Source: Methanopyrus kandleri AV19
GTDB lineage: Archaea > JAADCQ01 > Methanopyri > Methanopyrales > Methanopyraceae
Assembly: GCF_000007185.1 (NCBI RefSeq)
Contig: NC_003551.1
Location: 1,140,001-1,172,000, forward strand
Length of the DNA: 32,000 bases
Reading direction: 5' to 3'
How positions within the stretch are numbered: position 1 is the stretch's first letter; each line of letters starts with the position of its first letter. The translations under genes and the position numbers were made by a program. The notes under the pieces are model-generated. The model made no database searches and was not told the DNA's origin. It saw only the letters and a list, made by a program, of their open reading frames with translations. Below are positions 9,695-18,933 of this stretch, in pieces.

Positions 9695-10327
9695 TCACGT
9701 TCCGTGCCGGAGTTTCCAGCGTTCGAGTTCTAACATGACGTCGGGTACTTCGTGTTTTCCGTCGAGGGATCTCTTTCTAAAACGGATGATCTTGTTCAAG
9801 TGAGCGGAGTAGTGTGCGGGCCAGCCTCCGAGGGTTCTCACGGCGAAGGATTCGAGCCGGTCGGGAAGTTCTTCTAGGAGGTCGCGGATTTGCGGTGAGT
9901 TCGAGGGTCTGGCGTTGAAGGTTAGGGCGAGCCCGCGGGCTAGTACCCGTCGGGCCTGTTTGTATGGCAGGCTCGAGACCTCGGTGAGTAGGGTCTTGAG
10001 TACCGAGCGGAGGTTGCGCATGAGGTGTCGCGCGAGCTCCAGAACCTCTGCTCGATTTAAGGAAACCAGCCACTCGACGAACCGGACACTCTCGTTCTCG
10101 GGTTTGCCCAGGTAGAGCGTGCGCCCGCACTTGTGTCGGGAGTCGCGACGCCATCTCGCGACGTAGTAAGGACCGCACGTGCTACCGTTCACCGTCCGAT
10201 AGGTCACCTCGAGGCTCGGCCTCTTCCCACGACTGTACACCTCCCGTAGTACCCGGAGGGCTCGGATCCGCTCCACGGGATCCGAGGGTATCGGGACGTG
10301 AGCGTGCGACTCGACCAACCCCGGCAC
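9695..10327 (-). CDS. Duplicated protein family 2, copy 2
   Basis: 210-aa ORF nearly identical to 3512..4135 (RALRVLREVY.R.K.PSLEVTYRTVNGSTCGPYYVARWRRD...GRTLYLGKPENES); GTG start. Confidence 0.75.
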   Translation of the reverse strand: MPGLVESHAHVPIPSDPVERIRALRVLREVYSRGKRPSLEVTYRTVNGSTCGPYYVARWRRDSRHKCGRTLYLGKPENESVRFVEWLVSLNRAEVLELARHLMRNLRSVLKTLLTEVSSLPYKQARRVLARGLALTFNARPSNSPQIRDLLEELPDRLESFAVRTLGGWPAHYSAHLNKIIRFRKRSLDGKHEVPDVMLELERWKLRHGT

Positions 10328-10390
10328 GCGATCCCCTCAGGTGCCTCCAAATTGTATGGGAAAGATTAGGACAACGCTCCGAGATATAAG
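9703..10390 (-). repeat. Dispersed duplicated unit, copy 2
   Basis: Direct-orientation partner of 3526..4207. Confidence 0.7.
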
Positions 10391-10393
10391 CCT
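10378..10393 (-). promoter_or_regulatory. TATA-box-like element upstream of family 2 copy 2
   Basis: Reverse strand reads GGCTTATATCTCGG; conserved with CGCTTATATCTCGA upstream of copy 1. Confidence 0.45.
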
Positions 10394-10623
10394 TACAGTC
10401 CGGAACCGTGACTCGGATGCCGATATTTCCCGGGGATACACCGAATGCGAGCCGAACCGCGTGGACCTGTATCTTTCCATACAACTGCTCGATCGGATGC
10501 CGTCCGGCCGAGGTGAGATTTCCCCGAGGATCGCGTGGTCGGAGTGGTGGGTTAAGGGCTATCGGATCGTTATTTTCAGAAAAAATAGTACCGCGCCCGC
10601 GAGCGGGATCCGGGGACATCGGC

Positions 10624-11059
10624 ATGAGATACCTCGTGGCTGCGGTCGTCGCAACCCTCCTGGCCGCGTTGACGCCGGCTCTCGGGTATTGGCACCCGAG
10701 TAGTGGCTATCCCCCCGTGGTACGGGCACCATCAAGGGTACGGTCACCACGGTCCGAACGGTGGTCCGAACGGTCAAGGTGGACGAGGACTGGGGCCCGA
10801 GGAATGTCCCTACGGTCACCCGAAGTGTCCCAGCAACTCGCCTGCGACGGACATGAGCGGTGTGAACGTGAGCTCGTACGGTGGTAACACCACCGGAACA
10901 GAGGCCCGTACCGAGGTTCCCGTGAGTCCGGGTAGCCCGAGCCGAACGGTCCGAGCATCGACGGGGGTCGTCTCGGACGTCAAGAACCTGGCCTACGCGA
11001 GCTGGCCTGTACTGTCGCTGTTAGGGCTGCTCATCGCGCCGACGCTAGTCAGACGGTGA
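10624..11059 (+). CDS. Small surface protein: signal peptide, His/Gly-rich region, C-terminal TM; frame broken at a C6 run
   Basis: Signal-like MRYLVAAVVATLLAALTPALGYWHPSSGYPP in one frame, then WYGHHQGYGHHGPNGG...CPYGHPKC...WPVLSLLGLLIAPTLVRR in the next; C6 at 10711..10716. Confidence 0.55.
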
Positions 11060-11110
11060 ACGCCACACCGACGGCGTACCCACCCTATTTGGCGGATGGA
11101 TGGAGCTGTT

Positions 11111-11828
11111 TCATCGTCGGGCGGAGACCAACAGCCCGACTCCGATCACCGCGGAGATCACGGCGAGGGCCACCGGCACGGTCGGAGTTCCGGTCTTGTA
11201 CTCGCCTACGACGGTCCCTCTCATGCTCTCCTTCTCCTCGAACGGAACCGGTCCTTCCTCCCCGTTCCTCGCGTAGACGTAGATGGTATCCCCGTCCACC
11301 ACCTTGGCCACGTGGGCCTTGAACTCCCGGGGGAACCACCTCGGGAGCGGGTCGGGCTCGGGGTACTGCCGGTACTCGGCGAGCTTTCTCTCGACGAGCA
11401 GCTCCGAGAGTGTCGTCTCCTCGTCGTCGGGGTAGACGTCGGCGATGATCCGGTGGTACTTGCCGAGACCGTACGCCCGGCACTTCACGTAGCCGCCGGC
11501 GTCGCGGATCTTCTTCTCGACGAACTCTTTGGCCTTCAGCCCGAGCCGGTACTCCTCCTCGCTGGAGGGGTGGTAGATCTCCGGGGCGTTGACCCTGGCG
11601 AAGCGGATCTTGACGGCGGGTTTCCCGTCGAAGTACGCCACCGGCACTCCCAGGTTCTCCAGCTCCCTGAGCTGCTCGTCCGTGAGGTTCAGCCAGGGGA
11701 CGCCGCTTCCGGGCGCGGGCTCCGGTTCCTCGGGGTCGACCCAGGGCGGGGCTCCCTGGGTCGTCCGTCCCGGAGAGCGCTAGGAGGGTCGCCAGGGCCA
11801 CGAGCAGGGCACTGACGACCTTCCGCAA
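11111..11828 (-). CDS. Secreted/membrane-anchored thermonuclease-like (SNase-fold) protein, with an apparent frameshift after the signal peptide
   Basis: VKIRFARVNAPEIYHPSSEEEYRLGLKAKEFVEKKI...CRAYGLGKYHRIIADVY...FKAHVAKVVDGDTIYV, C-terminal TM VPVALAVISAVIGVGLLVSARR. Signal peptide LRKVVSALLVALATLLALS sits in another frame upstream. Confidence 0.7.
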
Positions 11829-11965
11829 GACGCTCCCCCCAGTACATCGGCGCGTCGGCGATCCCACGGTTCATAAGGTTACTTTATTCAGGGTTAGGGT
11901 TGAGGTCGTGGATTCCCCCGACCTATCGGCACGGCTGAACGGTCCCGCCGCCTAGACCGTCGACG

Positions 11966-12913
11966 TCATCCCGAGGGCTCGGACGGCCTCTCAAGCCTCG
12001 AACCTCGTTCCACGTCGCCCTCCTCGAGGATCTCAGTAGCCGACTCCTCCAGCTCGTCACCCCTCAGCGTCTCGCCGTCGATAGTCACTACCTGAGACCC
12101 GGACACCGTCCTCAGCCCTAGTCGACGGATCCTCTCCGCGATGATAGCGTTCACCACCCAATCGCGCCTTTCGAGGCACCTCAAACCCACCTCGGCGGCC
12201 GGTACCAACGTCCCGTACAGTACCTCACCGGTCAGCGGGACACCCACCGCCACACGGTCCGCGTGCGTCGAAGGGTCCCGGACGATGTGCACCCGGCCGT
12301 CCCGGTCGGTGACCCTCACGTTCACGGCGTAGTATCCCAGCCTGAGTAGGACGTTACCGACGATCCCGGAGATTACCTCGTCCGCCCGTCCCTCGTCCTC
12401 CCGGATGAGATCTCTCGCACCCTCTGCGATCGTCTCGACCGTCGATCTCACGGTCTCGAGCGTCCCCCTCACGGCGCCGTCCTTCAGCGCCAGCACGCCC
12501 ACCGCCACCACATCGTACGGGTCGCTACCGTGGAGGATCCTCACCGCACCCTTGTCGGACAGGTACTCCGTGATCCTCGCCGCCCTCGACGCCACGGTCC
12601 AGGGGTCCTTCGTGCTCTCCACGATCCCGGCGATCAGTCCCTTCAGCTCGACCCTACTGTACTCCCCCGACACCGGGAGGGTGAGGGGCGGTTCCACCCA
12701 CGGTTCGGCGCCTTCGGGGACCACCGGCTCGACGCCCTCCGCCATCCTCCGTACGAGTCGGACCCCGGCCTCGAACAGCCCGTCCAACCACACCAGGAAC
12801 CCGGCGAGGGACGCGGCGTCGCCCTTCATGAGCGTTGTCTTCGGGTCGAACTCCAGCCTCCCTCCGTTTCCCTCGACCACGATCCCGTCGACGACGAACC
12901 TGATCGTCGCCAA
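11966..12913 (-). CDS. Conserved-looking soluble protein of unknown function
   Basis: 315-aa ORF, non-hydrophobic, plausible start (ATGGCGACGATCAGG). Confidence 0.65.
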   Translation of the reverse strand: MATIRFVVDGIVVEGNGGRLEFDPKTTLMKGDAASLAGFLVWLDGLFEAGVRLVRRMAEGVEPVVPEGAEPWVEPPLTLPVSGEYSRVELKGLIAGIVESTKDPWTVASRAARITEYLSDKGAVRILHGSDPYDVVAVGVLALKDGAVRGTLETVRSTVETIAEGARDLIREDEGRADEVISGIVGNVLLRLGYYAVNVRVTDRDGRVHIVRDPSTHADRVAVGVPLTGEVLYGTLVPAAEVGLRCLERRDWVVNAIIAERIRRLGLRTVSGSQVVTIDGETLRGDELEESATEILEEGDVERGSRLERPSEPSG

Positions 12914-12966
12914 AGGTGTGACCCCTCGCCGCTCACGCGCTCTTCAGTCGGGATGCGAGGACCGGC

Positions 12967-14208
12967 TCACCGGCCCACGACCTCACTCCCCAGCACGTAC
13001 GTCACGACCGTCTGGTTGTGCTGGACGAACTTACCCGAGGGGGTCAGTCCGTACTCGCCGTAGCAGTTGAACCCGAAGATGGGCACGTCCTCGCTCACCA
13101 GGTCCCGGAGTAGGTCTACGGCGTCGTCCGTGTCGACGATCAGGTGTCGGGCCATGCAGTTGAACACGAGCACGGCGCCCAGCTCATCGGGCGAGCCGGC
13201 GTCCTCCAGCGCCCGCTGCACCGCCCTCTTGAACGAATCCTCTACGTCGCCCGGCTCCATCACCCGGACGGCGACGCCGCTCGGGAGCTGTGCCACCAGC
13301 TTCAAGGTTCTCTCTTCCTCGTCCACCTCGAACGGGGTCCTGATCAGGTGGTACGGACGCGGACCCGGATCCTCGACCCCCAAGGGGTACTTCAGTAGCG
13401 TTTCCATCCCGATTTCCTCACCTACGACCTCCTCGTACACGTCCAGCGCGGGTTCGCCGTCCATCCTGATCACGTCCACACCCTCGGTCTCCACGATCAT
13501 CGGCTCGGAGGAAGGGACGAAACCGTGGTCGACCGCGTGCCCACGTTTCACGGACGAGTACAGAATCAGCACCGCCAGCGCGTCCTCGTACACGCCCGAG
13601 TCGTCGAAGATGTACGTGCGCTCGAACTCGTACTCGTCCGCCGTCATACCGCCGACGATTCGGGGCACCGTGCCCAGGCAGTCCAGCACGCCCCTGAGTG
13701 CCTCCATCAACGCCTCCGGGTGGTTCAAACAGCACAGATCGTCGGTGAAGAGTAGAGCGTCGACCAGCGAGTGACGGGTCACGTCCACGTTACCGGTCAC
13801 GAGTTTGGTCGCCACCGGTGCCAGTGAGGCGGAGACGTCCACTTCCACGCTCTTGGCGGCCTCGGTTACCGTCTCCCTCGCGACCCTGTACGGGTCCTCC
13901 GATAAGCCCGTGCCGATCGCCATTCCCATGGCTACGAGCTTGGAGAGTTCCATCGCGAGGATAGCCACGGACCCGTCGCTGAACCCGTCCGTGGTGATGT
14001 TGCCGGCGGACGAGAGACCGAGGATCAGACACCTGTCATCTTCGAGGTACTCCACTATCGCCTCGCGAACCTCGTGGGGGTCGTGCCTAGGCGAGAAGGC
14101 GCAGAGGACGGCATCGATTCTATCGAGACCCCAATCCGCGGCCCCCTCCAGCGCCTCCTCGGGACTGGACTTGGAGACACCGACACCGGCTTTCAGCGGA
14201 GCGGCCAT
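12967..14208 (-). CDS. FIST (N and C) sensory domain protein
   Basis: GVGVSKSSPEEALEGA..., LGLSSAGNITTDGFSDGSVAILAM, and C-terminal VLVFNCMARHL...VPIFGFNCYGEYGLTPSGKFVQHNQTVVTYVL match the FIST domain pattern as I recall it. Confidence 0.85.
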   Translation of the reverse strand: MAAPLKAGVGVSKSSPEEALEGAADWGLDRIDAVLCAFSPRHDPHEVREAIVEYLEDDRCLILGLSSAGNITTDGFSDGSVAILAMELSKLVAMGMAIGTGLSEDPYRVARETVTEAAKSVEVDVSASLAPVATKLVTGNVDVTRHSLVDALLFTDDLCCLNHPEALMEALRGVLDCLGTVPRIVGGMTADEYEFERTYIFDDSGVYEDALAVLILYSSVKRGHAVDHGFVPSSEPMIVETEGVDVIRMDGEPALDVYEEVVGEEIGMETLLKYPLGVEDPGPRPYHLIRTPFEVDEEERTLKLVAQLPSGVAVRVMEPGDVEDSFKRAVQRALEDAGSPDELGAVLVFNCMARHLIVDTDDAVDLLRDLVSEDVPIFGFNCYGEYGLTPSGKFVQHNQTVVTYVLGSEVVGR

Positions 14209-14528
14209 CCTTCACTCCCCCTTCCGTAAAGTAACAGAGGTGATAAATCGTAATCGGATGCGTATGCACGGTCGACAAATACTTGACAACAGTTTTCCAA
14301 CGTTGGCTCGTGTTGTTATACATTATAAAAGTTACGCTAGTAGAGGCTGACGCATGGTACGTGGCTCCTATAAGGTGATGACGTCATGCTGTCCAACGTT
14401 ATGTACCCGACGAATTCGCGGGTGAGGCCGCGGGAATCCCGACGGTAGGATGCTCGCACTCGGGTGCGGTGGGCACACGGCGTGATCGGGAGGGGGAGGT
14501 GCGGACGCCGGGCCGGCGCTTAGGACGT

Positions 14529-14958
14529 TCACACACGCTCCAGCACGAAGATACACCTATCCTCCTCGGCCCTCATCTCGACCAGCCGATACTCGGCGTT
14601 GAAGGTTTCCTCCGCGAGCTCCAGGATCGTCGCTACGTAGGGGCACACGACCGGCACCTCGTCCCGGTCCAGGAGCTCACGGCGCACCTCCTCGAACGGA
14701 CACGACTCGATCACGACCTCGAGCCTGTCCTCGGACCCCTCCACGCGTACCTCCGCGTCGTCCGCGTGCCTGAGCGCTTCCTCGATGTCGTCGGAGAGGG
14801 AGTCCCTGTCCCCACCGGACACCTTCAGAAGTCTCGAGCAGCTCGAGCATACGTCGGCCCGCGATCCGGTTCAGTGCGAGTGCCGCTTCACCGTGCGTCT
14901 CGAAGAGCGCCTCCTGGAGACCTATCATGAACGCCAACCAGACGTCCCAACGCACCAA
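14529..14958 (-). CDS. Possible V4R-like small-molecule/hydrocarbon-binding protein, split over two frames
   Basis: LAFMIGLQEALFETHGEAALALNRIAGRRMLELLETSE in one frame continues as GGDRDSLSDDIEEAL...VVIESCPF...VPVVCPYVATILELAEETF...CIFVLERV in the next. Confidence 0.45.
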
Positions 14959-15397
14959 CCCGGTTCCCCGCGCCGGCGACGGGCGACCGACCTTTGAAGT
15001 TTGCAGAGGAAAAAACGAACACTGTTCCAATATCGTGGAAACGTTCCCAGGAGAACCGAAACGCACGCCCCTCGGGCGTCCCGAACGAGACGACAACCGA
15101 CGCGACCGTCCTCGCCCCCGACGTTCACGGTCCGCCGAAGCGCTGACGTGTCGCGGGGCTCACATCCCGGAATCCGAGCGTCCCGCGTGTGGAAGGGGCA
15201 TCACCGGGCACTCTATAACGGATCCCCTCATCACGCTGATCCCGATCAGGAGGTGCCGGGTTTGAGACGGACCGCCGTCCTGCTCGTCCCCGAGCCGACC
15301 GGAACCGGTGTCCTCGAGACGCTCGTCAAGTGGTTCAGGAGAGTGGATATCGACCGGTAGTCTGGCGCGGAAGCTGGCGGAACCCGAGGGCACCGGT

Positions 15398-16150
15398 GTA
15401 TCGGGGTTGCTGAGAGGGTTAGGGCGGAAGGGTGGGGGCGAGGTCGTCATCTGTAGGTTCGTACCCCACCGACCGAGACCCTGCCGTACGAGAGGGTGCT
15501 GCGGGGGATCGAGGCGGAGCTCCGGGAGGAGTTCGAGGTCCGGAGTCCGTCGGACGGGGTCCGGACGCCGTCTGGAACGTCTCGGACCTGGTGGTGGAAG
15601 CCCTATGGAGCTCGGGTCTAGTCTACGTGGACGTGTCCGGCGCCCGAGGACCGGAGATCGCGGGTATCCCGCTCGGACTGGCGGCCCTCGAGGTGCCGGG
15701 CTTGAGCGTCGGAGGCGGGAGGGAGGTGCGGTTCGTCGCTGGGAGGCTGGAGGACGACGTCCTGACCGACGTAACGGAACACTTCGGGGCGGCCGGCGCG
15801 CTGATATGGACGATTATCTGCTCCTGGAAACCGTCGCCCGAGGCCGCTAGAAGGGCGATCGAGCCGGCCGAGCGTGCCGGCGTGGACGTCCGGGAGCTCG
15901 ATCGGTTAGGGGAATACGTCGACGCCCTCGACACGGCCCAGGTCGGTGAGGTACTGGCCGGGACGAGGCCGGATCGGGAGACGATCCGGACCATCGTTAG
16001 GATCCTGCGTAGAGTGCTGCATAGAGTGTACGCGACGGACGGGCGATTCGCGCCGCCTACGGCGAGCCCGTTAAGCGGTATAATCCGGGTACACTCGGAC
16101 ACCCCGACACCGACGACGTGCGGTGCGGTCACGTCCCCACGGGAACCCGG
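15398..16150 (+). CDS. Soluble protein of unknown function, disrupted by apparent frameshifts
   Basis: Three adjacent frames give a continuous plausible sequence: EVVICRFVP / PTETLPYERVLRGIEAELREEFEVRSPSDG / GPDAVWNVSDLVVEALWSSGLVYVDVSGARGPEIAG... Boundaries approximate. Confidence 0.45.
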
Positions 16151-16219
16151 TACGTGACGGTACGTCCCGAAACGGTTATCTTTCGATCGAGTGCGCGGAC
16201 AGACCGGGGCCCCTCTCCC

Positions 16220-17155
16220 TTGAGGGTCGGGATCGCCGTCCTGGCCGCGCTCCTCGCGACGTTGGGTGCCGCAACGGCGGCGGAGTATCCCATTAAGGGC
16301 GAAGTGACGGGAACGTTCGAAGTACACGTCGAGGCGGATCCGGGCACGCAGGTGGACACCAACGAGTACGCCGTCGTGGTCGGGAGTAAGTACGTCTACC
16401 TGATCATGGTGGAGGAGGACGACCTGCAGGATTCGGGTAAGTTCAAGACGCAGCCGTTCCTGGTGCCCGTGCCCGCGGACAAGGTCGAAGTCAACGGATC
16501 CCTGGTGAAGTTCCCGGACGGTCTCGACGACACGTTCGCGGCGTACTGCCTGAACCCGATGGGGCGCCACCCACGAGGTGAGATGGTAGTACCGAAGTGG
16601 AACGAGATCGAGGACAGGTTCGTCGAGATCAAGGTGGTGGCGGGTCACGGACAGGTACGTACCGAGGAGCGGCATCTCGCTCCGGAGTGGATCAAGGCTG
16701 TCTGTAAGCGCGTGGAGGGTGTCGTGGATCCGGGAGAGTGGAAGCGCGACGCCCAGACGATTATCTGGGTGACGGAGGCCGCGGTCCCGGAGAACGTGCA
16801 GGTGAACGTCGAGAACCGCGTTCAAATCGACGTGAACGCGACGGTACAGGTGAACGCGCAGGACTTCTTCCAGATCAACGAGAGTGAGCTGAGAGAGCTC
16901 GCGAACGCGGGGGATGAGATGGCACGGCAGCTGCTCGAGTTCTTCAGCAACAAGGAGGAGTTGGAGAACCTAGTTAACACCGCGCAGAGCGCGCTGGACT
17001 TCGTCAAGCAGCACCTAAGTGACATCGTGACGACGGCTCAGACGGCGAAGGAGGCGTACGAGACAGCGAAGAGTGTCTTCGGGAAGATCCCCGTCTCACC
17101 GGCGGTGATCATCGTGGCACTGGCGGCGCTAGCGATCTTCAGACGCCGCCCGTAA
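16220..17155 (+). CDS. Secreted protein with C-terminal TM anchor and Arg-rich tail
   Basis: Signal-like LRVGIAVLAALLATLGAATAAEYP at a TTG start and C-terminal VSPAVIIVALAALAIFRRRP. Confidence 0.75.
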   Translation: MRVGIAVLAALLATLGAATAAEYPIKGEVTGTFEVHVEADPGTQVDTNEYAVVVGSKYVYLIMVEEDDLQDSGKFKTQPFLVPVPADKVEVNGSLVKFPDGLDDTFAAYCLNPMGRHPRGEMVVPKWNEIEDRFVEIKVVAGHGQVRTEERHLAPEWIKAVCKRVEGVVDPGEWKRDAQTIIWVTEAAVPENVQVNVENRVQIDVNATVQVNAQDFFQINESELRELANAGDEMARQLLEFFSNKEELENLVNTAQSALDFVKQHLSDIVTTAQTAKEAYETAKSVFGKIPVSPAVIIVALAALAIFRRRP

Positions 17156-17181
17156 ATCATAACGCCCCGTTCCCGCCCGCA

Positions 17182-17210
17182 CGTATCGTCATGGGAATCG
17201 AAACGATACG
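17182..17210. terminator. Hairpin-forming inverted repeat downstream of the 16220..17155 gene
   Basis: CGTATCGT (17182..17189) and ACGATACG (17203..17210), 8-bp arms; possible terminator. Confidence 0.3.
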
Positions 17211-17620
17211 ACGACCTCATCACGAGCTCACCGCCGACGGGTGTCAACAGTTAACTCGGAATTAACACGTCGGGACGGGCGGGAGAAACTCGAACCCCGA
17301 TTCCCCCGAGAACGGCGACCTGGTGTGGAACGCCCTCGGTTCTGACCTCAAGATGATGAAGGCGGACTTAACCGAACCGACATCCTCCCTGCCTCCGAGG
17401 GATGAGGCTCGCGGGGTCCCGTCGTAAGACCCGCTCGACGCGGCTCCTCGGCGACCTTCACACGGGAAACGGCGAGCCGTGGGACGGAACCCGCGCCGAA
17501 ATTACGCAAACACCGCGTGGGGCGTGGAGACGGCGGGCCGCCCCCGGTCCGTGAAACGTTAACAGAATGTTAACGAATAAAAAGACTGTTGACGACCTGG
17601 GGCGCCGTGTCGTACGCGCG

Positions 17621-17944
17621 TCACACCTCCACGTCGGCCACCTTGCGCCTACGATAGAACCTGCCGGACGCGTGGGTTTCCGACATCCTACGGGGTTCCG
17701 ACGAGAACACGATCTCGAGGAGCTCCAAGGCCTTGTCCACGGGCTTCAGGCTCAGGGCTTTCCCGACGATCCTCGTGACATCCTCCACGGAGTATCCCCG
17801 GAGGATCGCCATCGCGACTACCCTGACGATCCTCTCCAACATGTCCCGTCCTCTCGAGAGACCCTCGTCAACTTCCTCCTTCTCGTCCACCACTTCCTCT
17901 CGCTCCAGGGATACGACGTGGGCGTCCACGACCTTGGTCGGCAT
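17621..17944 (-). CDS. Small charged protein of unknown function
   Basis: Charged helical sequence MPTKVVDAHVVSLEREEVVDEKEEVDEGLSRGRDMLERIVRVVAMAIL...; ORF open to 17980. Confidence 0.45.
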   Translation of the reverse strand: MPTKVVDAHVVSLEREEVVDEKEEVDEGLSRGRDMLERIVRVVAMAILRGYSVEDVTRIVGKALSLKPVDKALELLEIVFSSEPRRMSETHASGRFYRRRKVADVEV

Positions 17945-18072
17945 CGCCCGGGTCCACCCCCGACCGGTGGGGGACCTCACTACGAACTCAAACGAACATC
18001 CATGAAAACAAATGAGACTCCGACCCTAATTACTCTTTCACCGATAACCTCGGGTTAATTCCGCGACTCCAC

Positions 18073-18933
18073 TCACTCCTCGTACTCTCTCAGGAACTCG
18101 AGCACGCCCCCGTACCTCTCCACGAGCTTGCTCACGCGATCCGGGTCCACCCTCATCGCGCCCCTGGGCCGGAACCCGGCGCGGTATCCGAGCAGCTCGT
18201 TCAGCTCACTCGCCGGCAACGACACGAGCCGGACCTCCGCCAGCGTGACCAGCCTCTCCCACCTGTCGTCTCCCCATAGGATGGCGGAGACTTTGGGATC
18301 ATTGCACTTGCTTGCAATCACGCCGCAGTACCGGTAGCGGTCCTCGCCCTTCTCGTCCCTGAAGAGAAGCACGTCCCCCTCACCGAGGCTCTCCCAACCC
18401 ACCCTCTCGCCGGAACCGAAGCCCCAGATACCCTCGAACGTTCCGAAGACACCCGGGATCTCCCGGAGTCGACTTCCGGGGTGCACGCTGCTGGCTATCC
18501 TCCTCCTGTACTCCGCCGTGGGTCTCCTCCAGATGAGTACGAGGTTCTCGACCTCGGGATCCCTCCTCCCGCGATCCCCTCCCAGTATGGACTCTATCAG
18601 CGCCTCCTTCTCCTCGCTCGATATCCGCCCCACGCTGCCCCTGAGCGCGTCCCGAAGCCGGCGTCGCATCTCCTCCTCGTTCCTCACGGTGTACAGGGTC
18701 CTACGACCGGCCTTCCGCCTCCCGATGAGCCCCCTGAGACCGGACATGTACGCGTGGACGGCGTGCTCGCTGATCTCGTAACCCACCGACTCGAGCACGT
18801 CACGGATGTCACCCGCGGACACGTGCTTCCCGTACATCTTCCAGGCCAGGTACACGACCGCCACCACGGCCCACTTCTTGCGGAGCCTGCGCTCCCTGAG
18901 AGCCTCGCGGAGTTCGCTTTCTAAGGAGGTCAT
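18073..18933 (-). CDS. Winged-helix plus EVE/PUA-like domain protein
   Basis: N-terminal HTH-like region; C-terminal pattern VLIWRRPTAEY...GEGDVLLFRDEKGEDRYRYCGVIASKCNDPKVSAILWGDDRWERLVTLAEVRLVSLPASELNELLGYRAGFRPRGAMRV resembles PUA/EVE-fold proteins. Confidence 0.6.
   Translation of the reverse strand: MTSLESELREALRERRLRKKWAVVAVVYLAWKMYGKHVSAGDIRDVLESVGYEISEHAVHAYMSGLRGLIGRRKAGRRTLYTVRNEEEMRRRLRDALRGSVGRISSEEKEALIESILGGDRGRRDPEVENLVLIWRRPTAEYRRRIASSVHPGSRLREIPGVFGTFEGIWGFGSGERVGWESLGEGDVLLFRDEKGEDRYRYCGVIASKCNDPKVSAILWGDDRWERLVTLAEVRLVSLPASELNELLGYRAGFRPRGAMRVDPDRVSKLVERYGGVLEFLREYEE

Noticed and set aside
3526-10390. Classical insertion sequences for the duplicated family 2 units
   Set aside because: No DDE/HUH/serine recombinase motifs in the encoded protein and no terminal inverted repeats or target duplications seen.
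12405-13774. Plus-strand ORFs 12405..13070, 12530..13063 and 13067..13774
   Set aside because: Antisense to the unknown-function gene 11966..12913 and the FIST gene 12967..14208.
14677-15096. Full 139-aa minus ORF as an independent protein
   Set aside because: Its N-terminus is non-conserved-looking and the C-terminus (RWGQGLPLRRHRGSAQARG) is a shifted reading of the sequence encoding the better protein in frame 14529..14822.
15623-16825. 400-aa minus-strand ORF, one of the longest in the track
   Set aside because: Antisense to the better-supported 16220..17155 secreted-protein gene; composition (VLDVHLHVLRDRGLRHPDNR) is typical of high-GC shadow ORFs.
17350-17385. C/D-box guide RNA candidate (ATGATGA with nearby CTGA)
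   Set aside because: The CTGA-like box is upstream rather than correctly spaced downstream, and no complementary terminal stem was found.
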